DNA of 63,246 nt, filler included, from Octopus bimaculoides (Eukaryota): the NCBI RefSeq assembly GCF_001194135.2. It is 6 parts of 5 records of this genome, joined end to end, with 100 filler letters (N's around TTAATTAATTAA, not from the genome) between each part and the next. Parts side by side here need not be neighbours in the genome. Positions count along the whole stretch, not along the records: positions 1 to 13,055 come from NC_068987.1; 5 more parts are not named here. One strand, 5' to 3'. Shown here one piece after another: positions 1-11,898 of this stretch. The first letter of the stretch is position 1, and every line of letters starts with the position of its first letter. A program made the position numbers and the translations under genes. The notes below the pieces were generated by a model that was given only the letters and a program-made list of their open reading frames with translations, did not search any database and was not told where the DNA came from.

Positions 1-254
1 ATATATATAAATATATAATTAAAACATAGGGTAAAAAATCATAGATTAATTAATATCGATTTATTACCAGGAAGCTAGATATATATATGTATTTGGAGAG
101 AAGATTTTTTCTCAGAGTTAAGATTGAGAAGAGAACCGTTTTAGAAAGTCGAAAGACACTAACCTTTGGGAAGAGATTTCACAAAATGTGTGTGGGCTTT
201 GCTTTTATTGATGTGCAAGCGCTTTCAGTTCTTAACGCTTTCAAGCACGTGTTA

Positions 255-1440
255 GATTCCCAGACCATCTGATCTTAAATTACTAAGCAAAGACTAAGCA
301 AATTGCTTGACACAATTCTAAAACCTTTATATAAATCTGTCCCTAGGTTTATTAGAGGTGATATGGATTTCCTAAAGCACATTCCAAAAAGAATGAACAA
401 AGAAACTATATTAGTCAGCTTTGATGTAGTCAGCCTCTACACCAATATCCTCCATAACTTAGGACGAGAAGCAGTAGAATTCTGGATACAAAAACACCCA
501 CAAGGAATTCAAGAAAGATTCTCCAAGAAGTTAATACTTGAAGGACCACAGCTAGTACTAGAAAATAACTACTTCTTTTTTGACAACCAACACCACCTAC
601 AAATACATGGGACAGCGATGAGTACCAAGGTAGCACCTACATTTGCCACGCTAGTAATGGGTTATTTGGAAGAAAAAAATCTACTGCTTATCTCAGATTT
701 CTTTTGGCCAAAACTTCCACTCATACCTAATGGGAATCTGGAAAAGATATTTGGATGACTGCTTTATATTCTGGAACAGAAGTAAGGAAGACCTTAAAAA
801 CTTTTTGAAATAATAAACAGCGTCCATAGATCAATCCAATTCACTATGGAAATGAATAAAAGGGAACTCCCCTTCCTAGATGTCTCAATAATTAAATGAG
901 ATTATAACAACTGACTTCTATTACAAAAACACGGACACACACTAATATTTAGACTTCAGATCTTGCCATCCTTCCCATACAAAAAGGAACATACCCTTTA
1001 ATATTGCAAGACGAATATGTACAGTAGTTTCGGAGACAAATAGAAGAGAAAGACGACTTGCAGAACTTAACTTGTTCCTTAAAAAACAAAAATACCCCAC
1101 CAAACTAATAGACCAAGCGATAACTGAAGCTAAAAATATCCCAATCTCTAGACTAAGAAGAAAAAACACTCACACCGAGGATAAACGGAAAAATGAACAC
1201 AAAAATATCCCATTCGTTATCACTCACAATCCCAGAAACCACAATATTCTACAAACAGCCAAATGCCTTCTGCAAATTCTACACCAGTCCCCATGTCTTT
1301 GACAAATAATCGAGGAACAACAAATAATCAACAGCCGAAAGCAACCATCAAATCTTAAGACACTTCTAACCAAAGCAAGATTTGCATCAAAAGAAGAAAT
1401 GATGCAAGTTACCAAATGTGGAGATCTCCTATGTAGGACA
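255..1440 (+). mobile_element. Penelope-like retroelement (PLE) fragment, RT and thumb region, frameshifted, truncated before GIY-YIG
   Basis: Translations: KLLDTILKP...ILVSFDVVSLYTNI...QIHGTAMSTKVAPTFATLVMGYLE (303-758); WKRYLDDCFIFW in another frame (YLDD at 748-759); FLDV; CHPSHTKRNIPFNIARRIC; KNIPFVITHNP; RQPSNLKTLL; ends at KCGDLLCRT where a (TG)n tract begins. Confidence 0.9.
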
Positions 1441-1984
1441 TATGTGTGTGTGTGTGCATGTGTGTGTGTGTGCATGTGTGTTTATGTTTGTGTGTGTGTG
1501 TGTTTGCGTGTGTGTGTGTATGTTTTTGTGTATGTTTGCTCGACTAAAGGTGGTGCTCCAGCATGGCTGTAGTTAAATGGCTGAAACAAATAAAAGAATA
1601 AAAGAATAATACATACATACACATTGTTTTCTCTCTCCGTTTTTATTTACGTTCTTTCTCCATTTTTTTACCTCACAATCTTTTCTGTCGAAGAGCGTAG
1701 GCTTGAAACGCCAAAGACTTCCATTCTCTCCGAGTGTCGAATTAATACATCTGCTTGTTGTTCCTTCACCTGTCTACGTCCTTTGTTTTCCGTAAATTTG
1801 AACTGTATATAATGTTTTGATCCAAGATGTGTCTTCCTGATACTCTGTCTAATAGGTGTTTTACATGTTTTTTCTACATGTACATATTTGTAACTCTTAT
1901 TGAGAAATGAAACACGTGTAATGGGGAGTAAATAATTAAAAAAAAAATTTTTACAGTCTCCTGTTTTATGTGCAAGTAGTATGC

Positions 1985-2203
1985 GTATAAATAAATATCA
2001 TTTCTGCTATTGGGACGAGGCCTGGAATTTTAGAAGATTCATTCGATTATATCGTCTCCAGCACTCAACTGGTAATTATTTCATCGTTTCTGAAAAGGGA
2101 TGAAAGGCAAAGTTGATCTCGGTGAAATTTGAACTCAGAACGTAAGAAATGCTGCTAAGAATTTTGCCCAGCATGCTAACGTTTCTGCCAGCTCACCGCC
2201 TTG
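1985..2203 (-). mobile_element. tRNA-derived SINE, family C
   Basis: Reverse complement GGCGGTGAGCTGGCAGAAACGTTAGCATG...GAGTTCAAATTTCACCGAGATCAACTTTGCCTTTCATCC; homologous to copies at 40045, 43405, 50805, 55625, 55845. Confidence 0.75.
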
Positions 2204-2429
2204 TATAAATAAATAAATATATAAATAAAAGGGCTATTTATACATATAAATGTGTGCCTACGTGCATATATGTGTGTATGTGTGTATGTGTGTATGTGTG
2301 TGTGTGTGTTTGTGTTTATGTGTGTGCGTGTGTGTGTGTATGTGTGTGTGTGTGTAGTTCTTCTACATGAATTAAACGATAAGCGTAGAAATTGAACTAC
2401 ACAATGTATGAGAGTAAGAGACTGGCTGA

Positions 2430-2511
2430 GAACAGAATGAGAGAGGGAGACAGAGAAAGAGAGAGAGGGAGAGAAAGAGAGAGAGAGAGAGAGAAAGAGA
2501 AATACAGAGAA

Positions 2512-2563
<52 letters not shown>

Positions 2564-2580
2564 CGAGAGAGACAAAGATA
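2430..2580. repeat. (GA)n-rich microsatellite
   Basis: Direct inspection. Confidence 0.95.
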
Positions 2581-3358
2581 GAGAGTATAAAAGAGCCAGA
2601 GAGGTCATGATAGTGTGAGCGTAAGACAGAAAGACGAGAGATAGGCAAAAGGTTATATAGCTGACATCTGTTTTCTGTCATTGTTTAGTTATTTCAGTTA
2701 TTTGCCCGACAAATTCTATTTAGATAACTGGCTTTAAAAAAATCTTGTTTTTTTCTTTTGTTTTCTACATGGTGTCTTCTCTTGTTTCTTCACTTGTTGA
2801 ATTTAATTTTATTTTGGTCCTCGGTGAGGTGAAGTGGTCTCTTATCGCTGTTATATCTTATATATTTTTTCTTCCTTTTCCTCCCTTTTTTTTTTGTGTG
2901 TTTACCATGTTCGTCAGAATCCTATCTCCAATAACTTCCGGAAGCGTCCTCATTTGATCCTTAACGATGTCCTTTATCTGTTTTCTTTTTCAAAAATTCT
3001 CTGATTGTCAATCTTTCTGATACCGAGACTGCATAAAATATGTTTTTGTTGTTGCCGTTGTAGTTTGAACCCCGCCCCTACCTACTCCACGTCAACTGTG
3101 GTGCCAAAGGTATTGCACTCCATTTAAAGACATGTAGGCTTACATTATCGAATGCGCCGGTCCCCACCTTTTTTTATACTACGGTATGGCGTATTTCGAG
3201 AGAGAGTTAGCTGCTATTTTTAACACGTGAAATGACCACATAGAAGCGTCCCCGTTGGATCGTGTTATTCTTACTCTTGTTTAACTACAAGTCAACCTCG
3301 ATTCAGTAGACTTATAGTACAATGCGTTAAATTTATTACCAACCCTTGTTTCAATGTT

Positions 3359-3747
3359 GTTGGCCACTCCGTCGCTTACGACGTCGAGGGTTCCAGTTGA
3401 TCCGATCATCGGAACAGCCTGCTCGTGAAATTAACGTGCAAGTGGCTGAGCACTCCACAGACACGTGTCCTCTTAACGTAGTTCTCGGGGGTATTCAGCG
3501 TGACACTGTGTGACAAGGCTGACCCTTTGAATTACAGGCACAACAGAAACAGGAAGTGAGAGTGAGAGTGAGAGAAAGTTGTGGTGAAAGAGTAGAGCAG
3601 GGTTCGCCACCACCCCCTGCCGGAGCCTCGTGGAGCTTTAGGTGTTTTTCGCCCAATAAACACTCACAACGCCCGGTCTGGGAATCGAAACCGCGATCCT
3701 ATGACCGCGAGACCGCTGCCCTAACCACTGGGCCATTGCGCCTCCAC
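3359..3747 (-). mobile_element. tRNA-derived SINE, family A, full length
   Basis: A-box TGGCCCAGTGG and B-box GTTTCGATTCC on the minus strand; 12-bp TSD TGTTTCAATGTT (3347-3358 and 3748-3759); near-identical to other copies. Confidence 0.92.
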
Positions 3748-4194
3748 TGTTTCAATGTTAATCTATTGTAAAACAACGATTTAGCATTGTCGGGTGGAAT
3801 GTTTTGCCGCATTCATAACACCTTTGTGTGTTCTGAGTTCGAATCCTGCCGCGGTCAACTCGCGATTTTATCCTTTCGGAGTTGATAAATAAAGTACTAG
3901 TCTGGCACTAGGATCAGCTCTTCTCTTTCTGTCATCTTACTGGACAAATCAGCTGTGGTCAAACCTAGAGAAGGGTGGCCTACCAGGCTGAAATGCCCAA
4001 GGAACGTTGTATGCCATAACAGCGTCCCTACACATTTGACCATATATACAGGGTCAGTCAGAAGTAGCGCCTAGTTTCTGGGAAGTAATACCTTTCTTTG
4101 TTGTTTTGTAGGATAGGTTGTTACCGATAGTTTTGAAAGTTTCTAAATCTAGATCATATAATCATGTTAATATTTCTTGATATCCTATAGAATA

Positions 4195-4255
4195 TAGGAG
4201 TCAAAAGAATTAGGAGTCAAAAGAATTAGGAGTCAAAAGAATTAGGAGTCAAAAG
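4195..4255. repeat. 16-bp tandem repeat (TAGGAGTCAAAAGAAT) x3.8
   Basis: Three perfect units plus a partial fourth, no spacers. Confidence 0.95.
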
Positions 4256-4312
4256 TATCTCCCAATTTGGGAACTTATACAAATCAACTCTAAAACAGAG
4301 TTTTGACTCACC

Positions 4313-4360
<48 letters not shown>

Positions 4361-5023
4361 NNNNNNNNNNNNNNNNNNNNNNNNNNNNNNNNNNNNNNNN
4401 NNNNNNNNNNNNNNNNNNNNNNNNNNNNNNNNNNNNNNNNNNNNNNNNNNNNNNNNNNNNNNNNNNNNNNNNNNNNNNNNNNNNNNNNNNNNNNNNNNNN
4501 NNNNNNNNNNNNNNNNNNNNNNNNNNNNNNNNNNNNNNNNNNNNNNNNNNNNNNNNNNNNNNNNNNNNNNNNNNNNNNNNNNNNNNNNNNNNNNNNNNNN
4601 NNNNNNNNNNNNNNNNNNNNNNNNNNNNNNNNNNNNNNNNNNNNNNNNNNNNNNNNNNNNNNNNNNNNNNNNNNNNNNNNNNNNNNNNNNNNNNNNNNNN
4701 NNNNNNNNNNNNNNNNNNNNNNNNNNNNNNNNNNNNNNNNNNNNNNNNNNNNNNNNNNNNNNNNNNNNNNNNNNNNNNNNNNNNNNNNNNNNNNNNNNNN
4801 NNNNNNNNNNNNNNNNNNNNNNNNNNNNNNNNNNNNNNNNNNNNNNNNNNNNNNNNNNNNNNNNNNNNNNNNNNNNNNNNNNNNNNNNNNNNNNNNNNNN
4901 NNNNNNNNNNNNNNNNNNNNNNNNNNNNNNNNNNNNNNNNNNNNNNNNNNNNNNNNNNNNNNNNNNNNNNNNNNNNNNNNNNNNNNNNNNNNNNNNNNNN
5001 NNNNNNNNNNNNNNNNNNNNNNN

Positions 5024-5079
<56 letters not shown>

Positions 5080-5987
5080 GAATTAGAAAAGGTTTGAGAC
5101 ACATAGAGGACGCCTCAATGCCTCATTTGTCGGCCGCGGCTCATCCGTTCCTAAATACTGGAATAGAAAATGCATATACAAAATAACACAATGCTCACAT
5201 TCACTTAATTTTTCGTAATACGCCTCAGCTCGCAATTATGAAGTAGCCATGTAATAACATTAATAAAACTCCCGATAGAACTATATCTTTCTAAATGCTC
5301 CATGATCACTTTAGCCGAATTCACGATGAAATGCCAACGATTTCTTTTTACTCAGATTGGGTCAATTATTTCGTAGAATGTATTTTTCAATTTCGAAAAA
5401 TTTGTTCATAAAGGTACATAGTCATAACCTGAACTAAAATTTACTTTAATTTTGGCAGAACGTCATTCGGTTTTCATTCTATAATTATCTTTACACTATG
5501 AGCGAAAGAGACGTAATTCGGAAGTTGTCGCTATTTTTGTAAATTTTCGGCAGTTACAGATCGACCCATTTATAATAGCAGTAATATTTTTTTTTCCTGA
5601 CTATCTTAGTATCTAAGCTTTTCTCTTGAAGATGTTTCGTGATGAATTCAGCCTCATAATCACGGTGCCCACAGGAACATACCTATTCTGGGAGTTTTAT
5701 TGACGGATATATATGATATGCAATTTGATGTTAGCGTTTGGTGTTTTGTATAACCATTCTCCAGAATGACTCGAAGGGGTACTTGTATAGTAAGTGGCTT
5801 GATCAGAAACCATTTGTTGAAACTGAGATAATTTACATTGTGGAGGAGACGTTATAGTAATTAAATAAAATATAAGACTGTTAGATTCATTTTTAAAATT
5901 TATTTCATAAAAGTGCCAAAATTTTCGCTGCACAACTGCGATCTTTTCACTGGCATAGTTCCATAGTGTGTTCTTTGATATTATTAG

Positions 5988-6379
5988 GTGGAGGCGCAAT
6001 GGCCCAGTGGTTAGGGCAGCGGTCTCGCGGTCATAGAATCGCAGTTTCGATTCTTAGACCAGGCGTTGTGAGTGTTTATTGAGCGAAAAAAACCCACCTA
6101 AAGCTCCACGAAGCTCCGGCAGGGGATGGTGGCGAACCCTGCTGTACTCTTCCACCACAACTTTCTCTCACTCTTACTTCCTGTTTCTGCTGTGCCTGTA
6201 ATTCAAAGGGTCAGCCTTGTCACATTGTGTCACGCTGAATATCCCCGAGAACTACGTTAAGGATACACGTGTCTGTGGAGTGCTCAGCCACTTGCATGTT
6301 CATTTCATGAGCAAGTTGTTCCGTTGATTGGATCAACTGAAACCCTCGATGTCGTAAGCGACGGAGTGCAAGCAACAAC
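5988..6379 (+). mobile_element. SINE family A, full length
   Basis: GTGGAGGCGCAATGGCCCAGTGG head to GTAAGCGACGGAGTGCAAGCAACAAC tail; imperfect TSD GATATT(T)ATTA. Confidence 0.9.
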
Positions 6380-6407
6380 GATATTTATTAATTATAAGTG
6401 AAGGCAT

Positions 6408-6725
6408 GTGGCTAAGTGAAAGCACGTGGCTTGGTTGTTAGTGTATTCGGCTCACGTTCTTAAGGCCGTGAGTTCGATTCTCGATGGCGCATTGTCCTCG
6501 AACATTGCTCCGGTCCACTTAGCTGGACAAAAATGAATGGTACCAGTATTTCAAAGGGCTACCATTGATACTTTCTGTGTCACGCTGAATCTCTCTTTGA
6601 GAACTACGTTAAGGGTACGCATGTCTGTGGAGTGCTCAGCCACTTGCACGTTAATTTCATGAGTAAGCTGTTCAGCTGATCGGATCAACTGGAGCCCTGA
6701 TCGTTATAACCGATGGAGTTCCAGT
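6408..6725 (+). mobile_element. SINE with family-D head and family-A-type 3' tail
   Basis: Head GAAGGCATGTGG...GAGTTCGATTC; from ~6570 it matches the family A tail (TGTGTCACGCTGAAT...GAGAACTACGTTAAGGG...CCGATGGAGT). Confidence 0.7.
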
Positions 6726-7431
6726 TACTACTACACTCAACATATATAGGAACATAGAGGTTTGGAGATCTAACAGTGAAACAGAGCGGTAACGCATAAA
6801 ATGTGCATGTACACCCTTGGAGACTTAGCTGCTAATTCGAGTAAAAGCTCCCTTCTTAGTAAATATAGAAAATGCTGATTTCTTACCTTTTACATTTTAT
6901 TTCTCTTTTATTTCTGCTGGAGCATCGTCTTCGAAACGATCTCAAAAATGCACCACTCTGTGAAGCATTGTGAGCCATTGTGACAGCGCAGGCTCATCAA
7001 ACCAGTATCGTCTCAAGCTCAATTTCAGACCGTGACTGGCGGAGAGAACATACTGAGGTCTTCATCCTGCGATGGACTAAACATTGGAAATCCAATCCAA
7101 TTATATAAATATAAAGATGGACAGTTGTTGCTTAACTCCAGGTCAGCCCTGAACGTAGAGGACTCTGGTCAATGGTATTACAACCGTGAAAATCGAGTAT
7201 TTTTCTTGGTATCGTATAACAGTGACTGCATTATTCGATGTGACCTTCAAGGAGTCCTTCAATGTATTTAAAGGTGGTAAAATATGACTCGAGGGAGATA
7301 TCGTCGTTATTTCTCGCATGTTGAGCAGCCACGTAGAACCCCTGATAAACTATTGTATTCGTTTAGTCCCATGTCGATTCTGATCATGTAAAACTATGAT
7401 CAACAACATTCCAGCCATGACTATCTCACAT

Positions 7432-7756
7432 TTTTACCTCCGCCTCACCGAAGGCGGAGGTGTTGTTTTCAGCCCTGTTTGTTTGTTTGTTTGTTTGTTT
7501 GTCCGTGGACAAGATATCTGAAGAACCGCTGGATGGATTCGGATGAAACTTTCATGGATGTTTGGCCTCGTGACTGGCACGAACTGATTAGATGTTGGGA
7601 TCGATCCAGCATCGTACAAGGATTCCAGATTATTTGTTATATTTACTTTACGTGAAGTATTACGATATATTCTCATTTTAAAAATCTCCGGCTAATCATT
7701 GAGGGGACGTTGGTGTTGCGTTGGCGGAGGTTTGCGCTCTCCGAGTGCTCTTGTTT
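7432..7756 (+). mobile_element. Non-autonomous Helentron/DINE-1-like (HINE) element
   Basis: Subterminal ACCTCCGCC (7436-7444) complementary to GGCGGAGGT at 7453 and 7723; internal (GTTT)n; 3' hairpin GCGCTC-TCC-GAGTGC; T-rich flanks. Confidence 0.65.
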
Positions 7757-7909
7757 ATAAATGAAATATAATCGTAACTTCATTAACTAACTTAACCTTA
7801 AGTCTCCTCCAAATCATACCCTTGGAGAATTAGCTGCTGATTTGAATATTTGAAAGACACACGTAAAAGCTCCCTTAGTAAATAATATGAAAACTGCTGA
7901 ATTCTTGCC

Positions 7910-8150
7910 TGTTACTTTTTATTCCTCTTAATCATTGGATGCAGCCTTGCAGGAGCACCGCCTTCGAAGATTTTAGTCGAACGAATCGAACTCAGTACTC
8001 ATTTCTTTTTAAGCCAGTTTCTTATTCCATTGGTCTCTTTTTCCGAGCTGCTAAGTTACGAGACCGTAAAGAAACCAACACTTGTTGGCAAGCGATAGTG
8101 GGGGACAAACGCAAACACAGAATCTCACACACACCGACACCCCTCTCCCG

Positions 8151-8192
<42 letters not shown>

Positions 8193-8322
8193 TATATGTG
8201 GTAGGCTTCTTTCAGTTTCCGTCCAGAGCTATAATAGAATGCACTTGCTTGAGGTGCCATGCAGTGGGACTGAACCTGGAGCCAAATGGTTGGGAAACAA
8301 ACTTCTTACTACGCAGCCACGC
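7910..8322 (-). mobile_element. SINE family B, degenerate
   Basis: Matches the family B body (GGCACC...CAAGTG...GGACGGAAACTGAAAGAAGCC) and tail (GGTGCTCC). Confidence 0.65.
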
Positions 8323-8869
8323 CTAATAACATCGTTGGATTAACTAAAATTATATCATATTGGCGAGGGACAAATTACGGTTACGCTAATGACGTGGGAG
8401 ACAACTTTGTAATTTAAGTTAATCAAAATTAATCAAAAATTGAAAGAGGGCACGTAATGGGGAACGGTTCTGATCCCTAGTTGTTTGACATCTCTTGGCA
8501 AAGGTAAACTAATTCCCACTGAGGCAAGGAGGACCCGTAAGTATAATAATCATGACAAAGAAATGTGAACGAAGAGACATGGTTTTCAGCGTCACCTGGG
8601 GACCACACATTTGTGTCTTTTCTTCTTTGTATACTATTTAGCCCAGCACATTTTGCTTTGTTTAAACATGTAAACATGTAAACATGTATTTTATCAGTTT
8701 TGTTTTTAGCCGGGAGGGGGTGGGAGGGCTTGTTTCTTTTGGTTATTATTTCAGAAATTCCTGTCAGTCTTCACAAAGCGTTCAGAAATGGTGGGGCGGA
8801 GAAAAAATAAAAAGACATAACATTTTTAAATAATATTTTTTCTTTCTTTTATTTTCTTTACGAGCACGA

Positions 8870-8894
8870 CACACAACACACACTCACACACCAC

Positions 8895-8931
<37 letters not shown>

Positions 8932-9732
8932 ATTCTTCATCCCAAGCGCACGCGCACACCCACAGACACATTCACACGATCACATACGTACATACTTTTA
9001 GTTAGGCACAAACTAATCTCTTCTGTATCACACAAAACGTACATGCGTACACTTCACTTCCCTGCATTTTTATTCTATATCACACACACGCACTACACAT
9101 GCTCTCCTTCGTTGTGTCTTATCTCTCTCTCTCTCACACACACACACTTACACGCATACGCGTATGATACTCCTATTACCGGTCTATGTGTTTACTATGT
9201 TTACGCATTCTATCTGACCTGCACGCACACACTGTATCCATCACATATAGATGTAAACACATTCTCTCTCTGTTTAACTATGTCTCACACGTATACCCAC
9301 CATCTCTATTTCTCTTTGACACACTACCTCTACCTCTCTCCTTCACTCGCACACACCCATTCAGTACATGTCTCTCTTTCTCCTTTTCTCATACACACTC
9401 TCATATCGTACAAACATTTTATTTTGTCTCATACACAGTCGCTTTCTCTTTCACCTCCACACATTCTCTCTCTTTCTCTCTCTCTCTTACTACCTCTTCC
9501 TCTTACTCTTCTGTATTTCTAACCCCCCCTCTCTCTCTTATACACATTAGCATTATCACTATCGTTTTCGTACACCGCCTCTATTCGTTGCTCTTCTCAC
9601 TTTTTTACTCTACTCCACACACAAGCCCACGCGTGCGCACACGCGCATACACGCACTCACACTCACGCACACACGCACACACACACACAGACACACGTCA
9701 CACGTACACACTCACACACACACACACACACA

Positions 9733-9782
<50 letters not shown>

Positions 9783-9921
9783 CTTTCTCTCAGACACACC
9801 ATGACTTTCTCTTTTACATATACCCCCACTCTCTCTCTCTCTTTCTCTATCCCTTTCTTTCACACACACACAAGCACAAACACTCTTTTTCTCCAACATA
9901 AATTTCTTCCCCATTTCTCTT

Positions 9922-10006
<85 letters not shown>

Positions 10007-10330
10007 GTTACATTCACCTTTACATTTATCAATTTACTAGCTGACCACGTGCCGTCAATAACGACGGCTAATTGTTGTATTTTATACGTAAAATATGGTA
10101 CAAAATAAGGTACATAATAATCACACATACAAACATTCACATACCTCCCTTGTACACGCACACACATACGCACTACTCACACAGAATTGAAACGCTGAGT
10201 TTTTTTCACCTCTTCCTTCCATATTCATCTATCACCCCTTCCTTTCTCTCATAGCTATTACTTTCTCTCACTCCCTCTCAGTCAGGGCTATTACTCTCAC
10301 TACTTCTCCTTCACTGAATTACTATTTTCT
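8870..10330. repeat. Long compound low-complexity (CT)/(CA)/(TA) region
   Basis: Direct inspection; includes perfect (CA)n at ~9925-10000 and (TA)n at ~9735-9776. Confidence 0.9.
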
Positions 10331-10849
10331 CTCCTCTTCAGCGTCCGGCGTGATTCTGGACAAATACATAAAAACATTACGCTCATTATTATATTAGGAG
10401 ATGGTAATAAATTGCTTGGTAGTGGTGGTGGGCGTTTTAAAGTGAAATGCGTTATTGATTGTTTCGTTAATTGCATAGCAGAGTTTATGTATGTACAAGT
10501 ACGCAGAGAGGTGGAAGAAGAATTAGGTATTCGGGCTATGTAGAACCAAATAACAAGTTAACTGACAACTATGAGCACCCAACCAGAACGATTGACCTAT
10601 AGAGATGATAACAGTTTCTAACACTGAACTATATACATATGCTGACCAACAACCTCAGCTCAAACTGGATGCAGTGGAACTGAATCAATTACTACGAGGT
10701 TGCGGTTGGTGCGAAGAAAATTTTTGCCTTTCAACATTTCAGGGTCGATAAAATAAAGTACCAGTAAAGTACTGGGGTTGATGTAATCGACTAATCCCCG
10801 TGCTTTAAAATTTCTGGCCTTGTGTCATACTTCGAAACTATAGTTGTTT

Positions 10850-11518
10850 GGATCTTGTTCAAAACGGGGGCACCAGTATTTTCTTAACGAAACACTTTCA
10901 AACTTGGGACACTGGTAGAATGTGTCATATAAAACATCTTTTTCTCTTAGTCTTCTTAACACAAAAACGTACATCGCAAGTTATTTCATGTTAAAGTTGT
11001 CGTATTTCTGTAATTTCAACCAATGACTGACGTCCATTCAGCCGATATACATTAAGTGCTGACTACGTAAACAAACGATTCTGGCGGTGATAAAATTATT
11101 ATTTCCTTGTCAAAAAATGGCTGAAGCATATTGGCAGTAGCTAATAAACCTTTCTATTATAGGCACAAGGCATGGTTTTTGAGGGAAGGAGCAAGTCAAT
11201 TAGGGTTAGTGTTAGGGTTAGGGAAAACGAACACACGTGTGTTGCCTCTGCAAAATGTCAGAAGTAATGGAGATTAAATACGCTTTACACCGCTTAAACT
11301 GCCAAAGGAGTAAGTGTCAGCAGCTGAATACTTGTCAGTGATTGGTTGGAATTATCGAAATAAGACAATTTTTTACATGAAATAAATCCGAATACAAAAA
11401 TTTTTTTCTGTTCTATAACACAAAATAGATAAGTATACGAAGTTTGAAAGTCTTTCGGTACCAAAAACACTACATAAAACATAAATGAAAACTGGTGCCC
11501 CCGTTTTGAACAGGATCC
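10850..11518. mobile_element. MITE with 28-bp TIRs starting GGATC and 8-bp TSD (Merlin-like; superfamily inferred)
   Basis: Left GGATCTTGTTCAAAACGGGGGCACCAGT versus reverse complement of right end GGATCCTGTTCAAAACGGGGGCACCAGT (1 mismatch); TSD AGTTGTTT at 10842-10849 and 11519-11526. Confidence 0.88.
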
Positions 11519-11562
11519 AGTTGTTTTTCTTCTATTTCATCATTGTATTGTATAATCATTTT

Positions 11563-11898
11563 TTTATTCTTTTACTTGTGTCAGTCAATTGACTGCGGCC
11601 ATGCTAGAGCACTTCCTATAGTCTAAGAAACCGACACCAGAACTTATTCTTTGTAAGCCTAGTACTTATTTTGTCGGTCTCCTTTGCCACCCCGCTAAGT
11701 TACGGGGACGTAAACTCATCAGCATCGGTTCTATGCGACGGGCTTTTTCAGTTTCCGTCTACCAAATCTACTCACAAGGCTTTGGTCGGCCCGAGGCTGT
11801 AGTAGAAGACACTTGCCCAAGGTGCCACGCAGTGGGACTCAAACCGGAACCATGTGGTTAGGAAGCAAGCTTCTTACCACACAGCTACTCCTGCGCCT
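11563..11898 (-). mobile_element. SINE family B
   Basis: Reverse complement GGCGCAGGAGTAGCTGTGTGGTAAGAAGCTTGC...GGCACCTTGGGCAAGTG...CTCCAGCATGGCCGCAG-like tail. Confidence 0.85.

Noticed and set aside
4195-4255. 16-bp repeats as a CRISPR array
   Set aside because: No spacers; eukaryotic context.
4226-5104. Long ORFs of X or VCVC/HTHT/YIYI (also 19.3-20.3, 46.7-47.7, 56-59, 61.6-62.7 kb)
   Set aside because: Read-through of N gaps and di/tetranucleotide microsatellites.
5988-6065. SINE heads as tRNA genes
   Set aside because: A/B boxes are present but there is no closed cloverleaf, and each continues into a shared body with TSDs.
7032-7271. 79-aa ORF with a protein-like look (GQWYYNRENRVFFL)
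   Set aside because: Its core overlaps a degenerate dispersed repeat (CCAGGTCAGCCCTGA...; related sequence at ~7370-7425); no convincing domain.
11201-11223. TTAGGG units as an interstitial telomere or chromosome fusion site
   Set aside because: Only about three imperfect units, and they lie inside a MITE.
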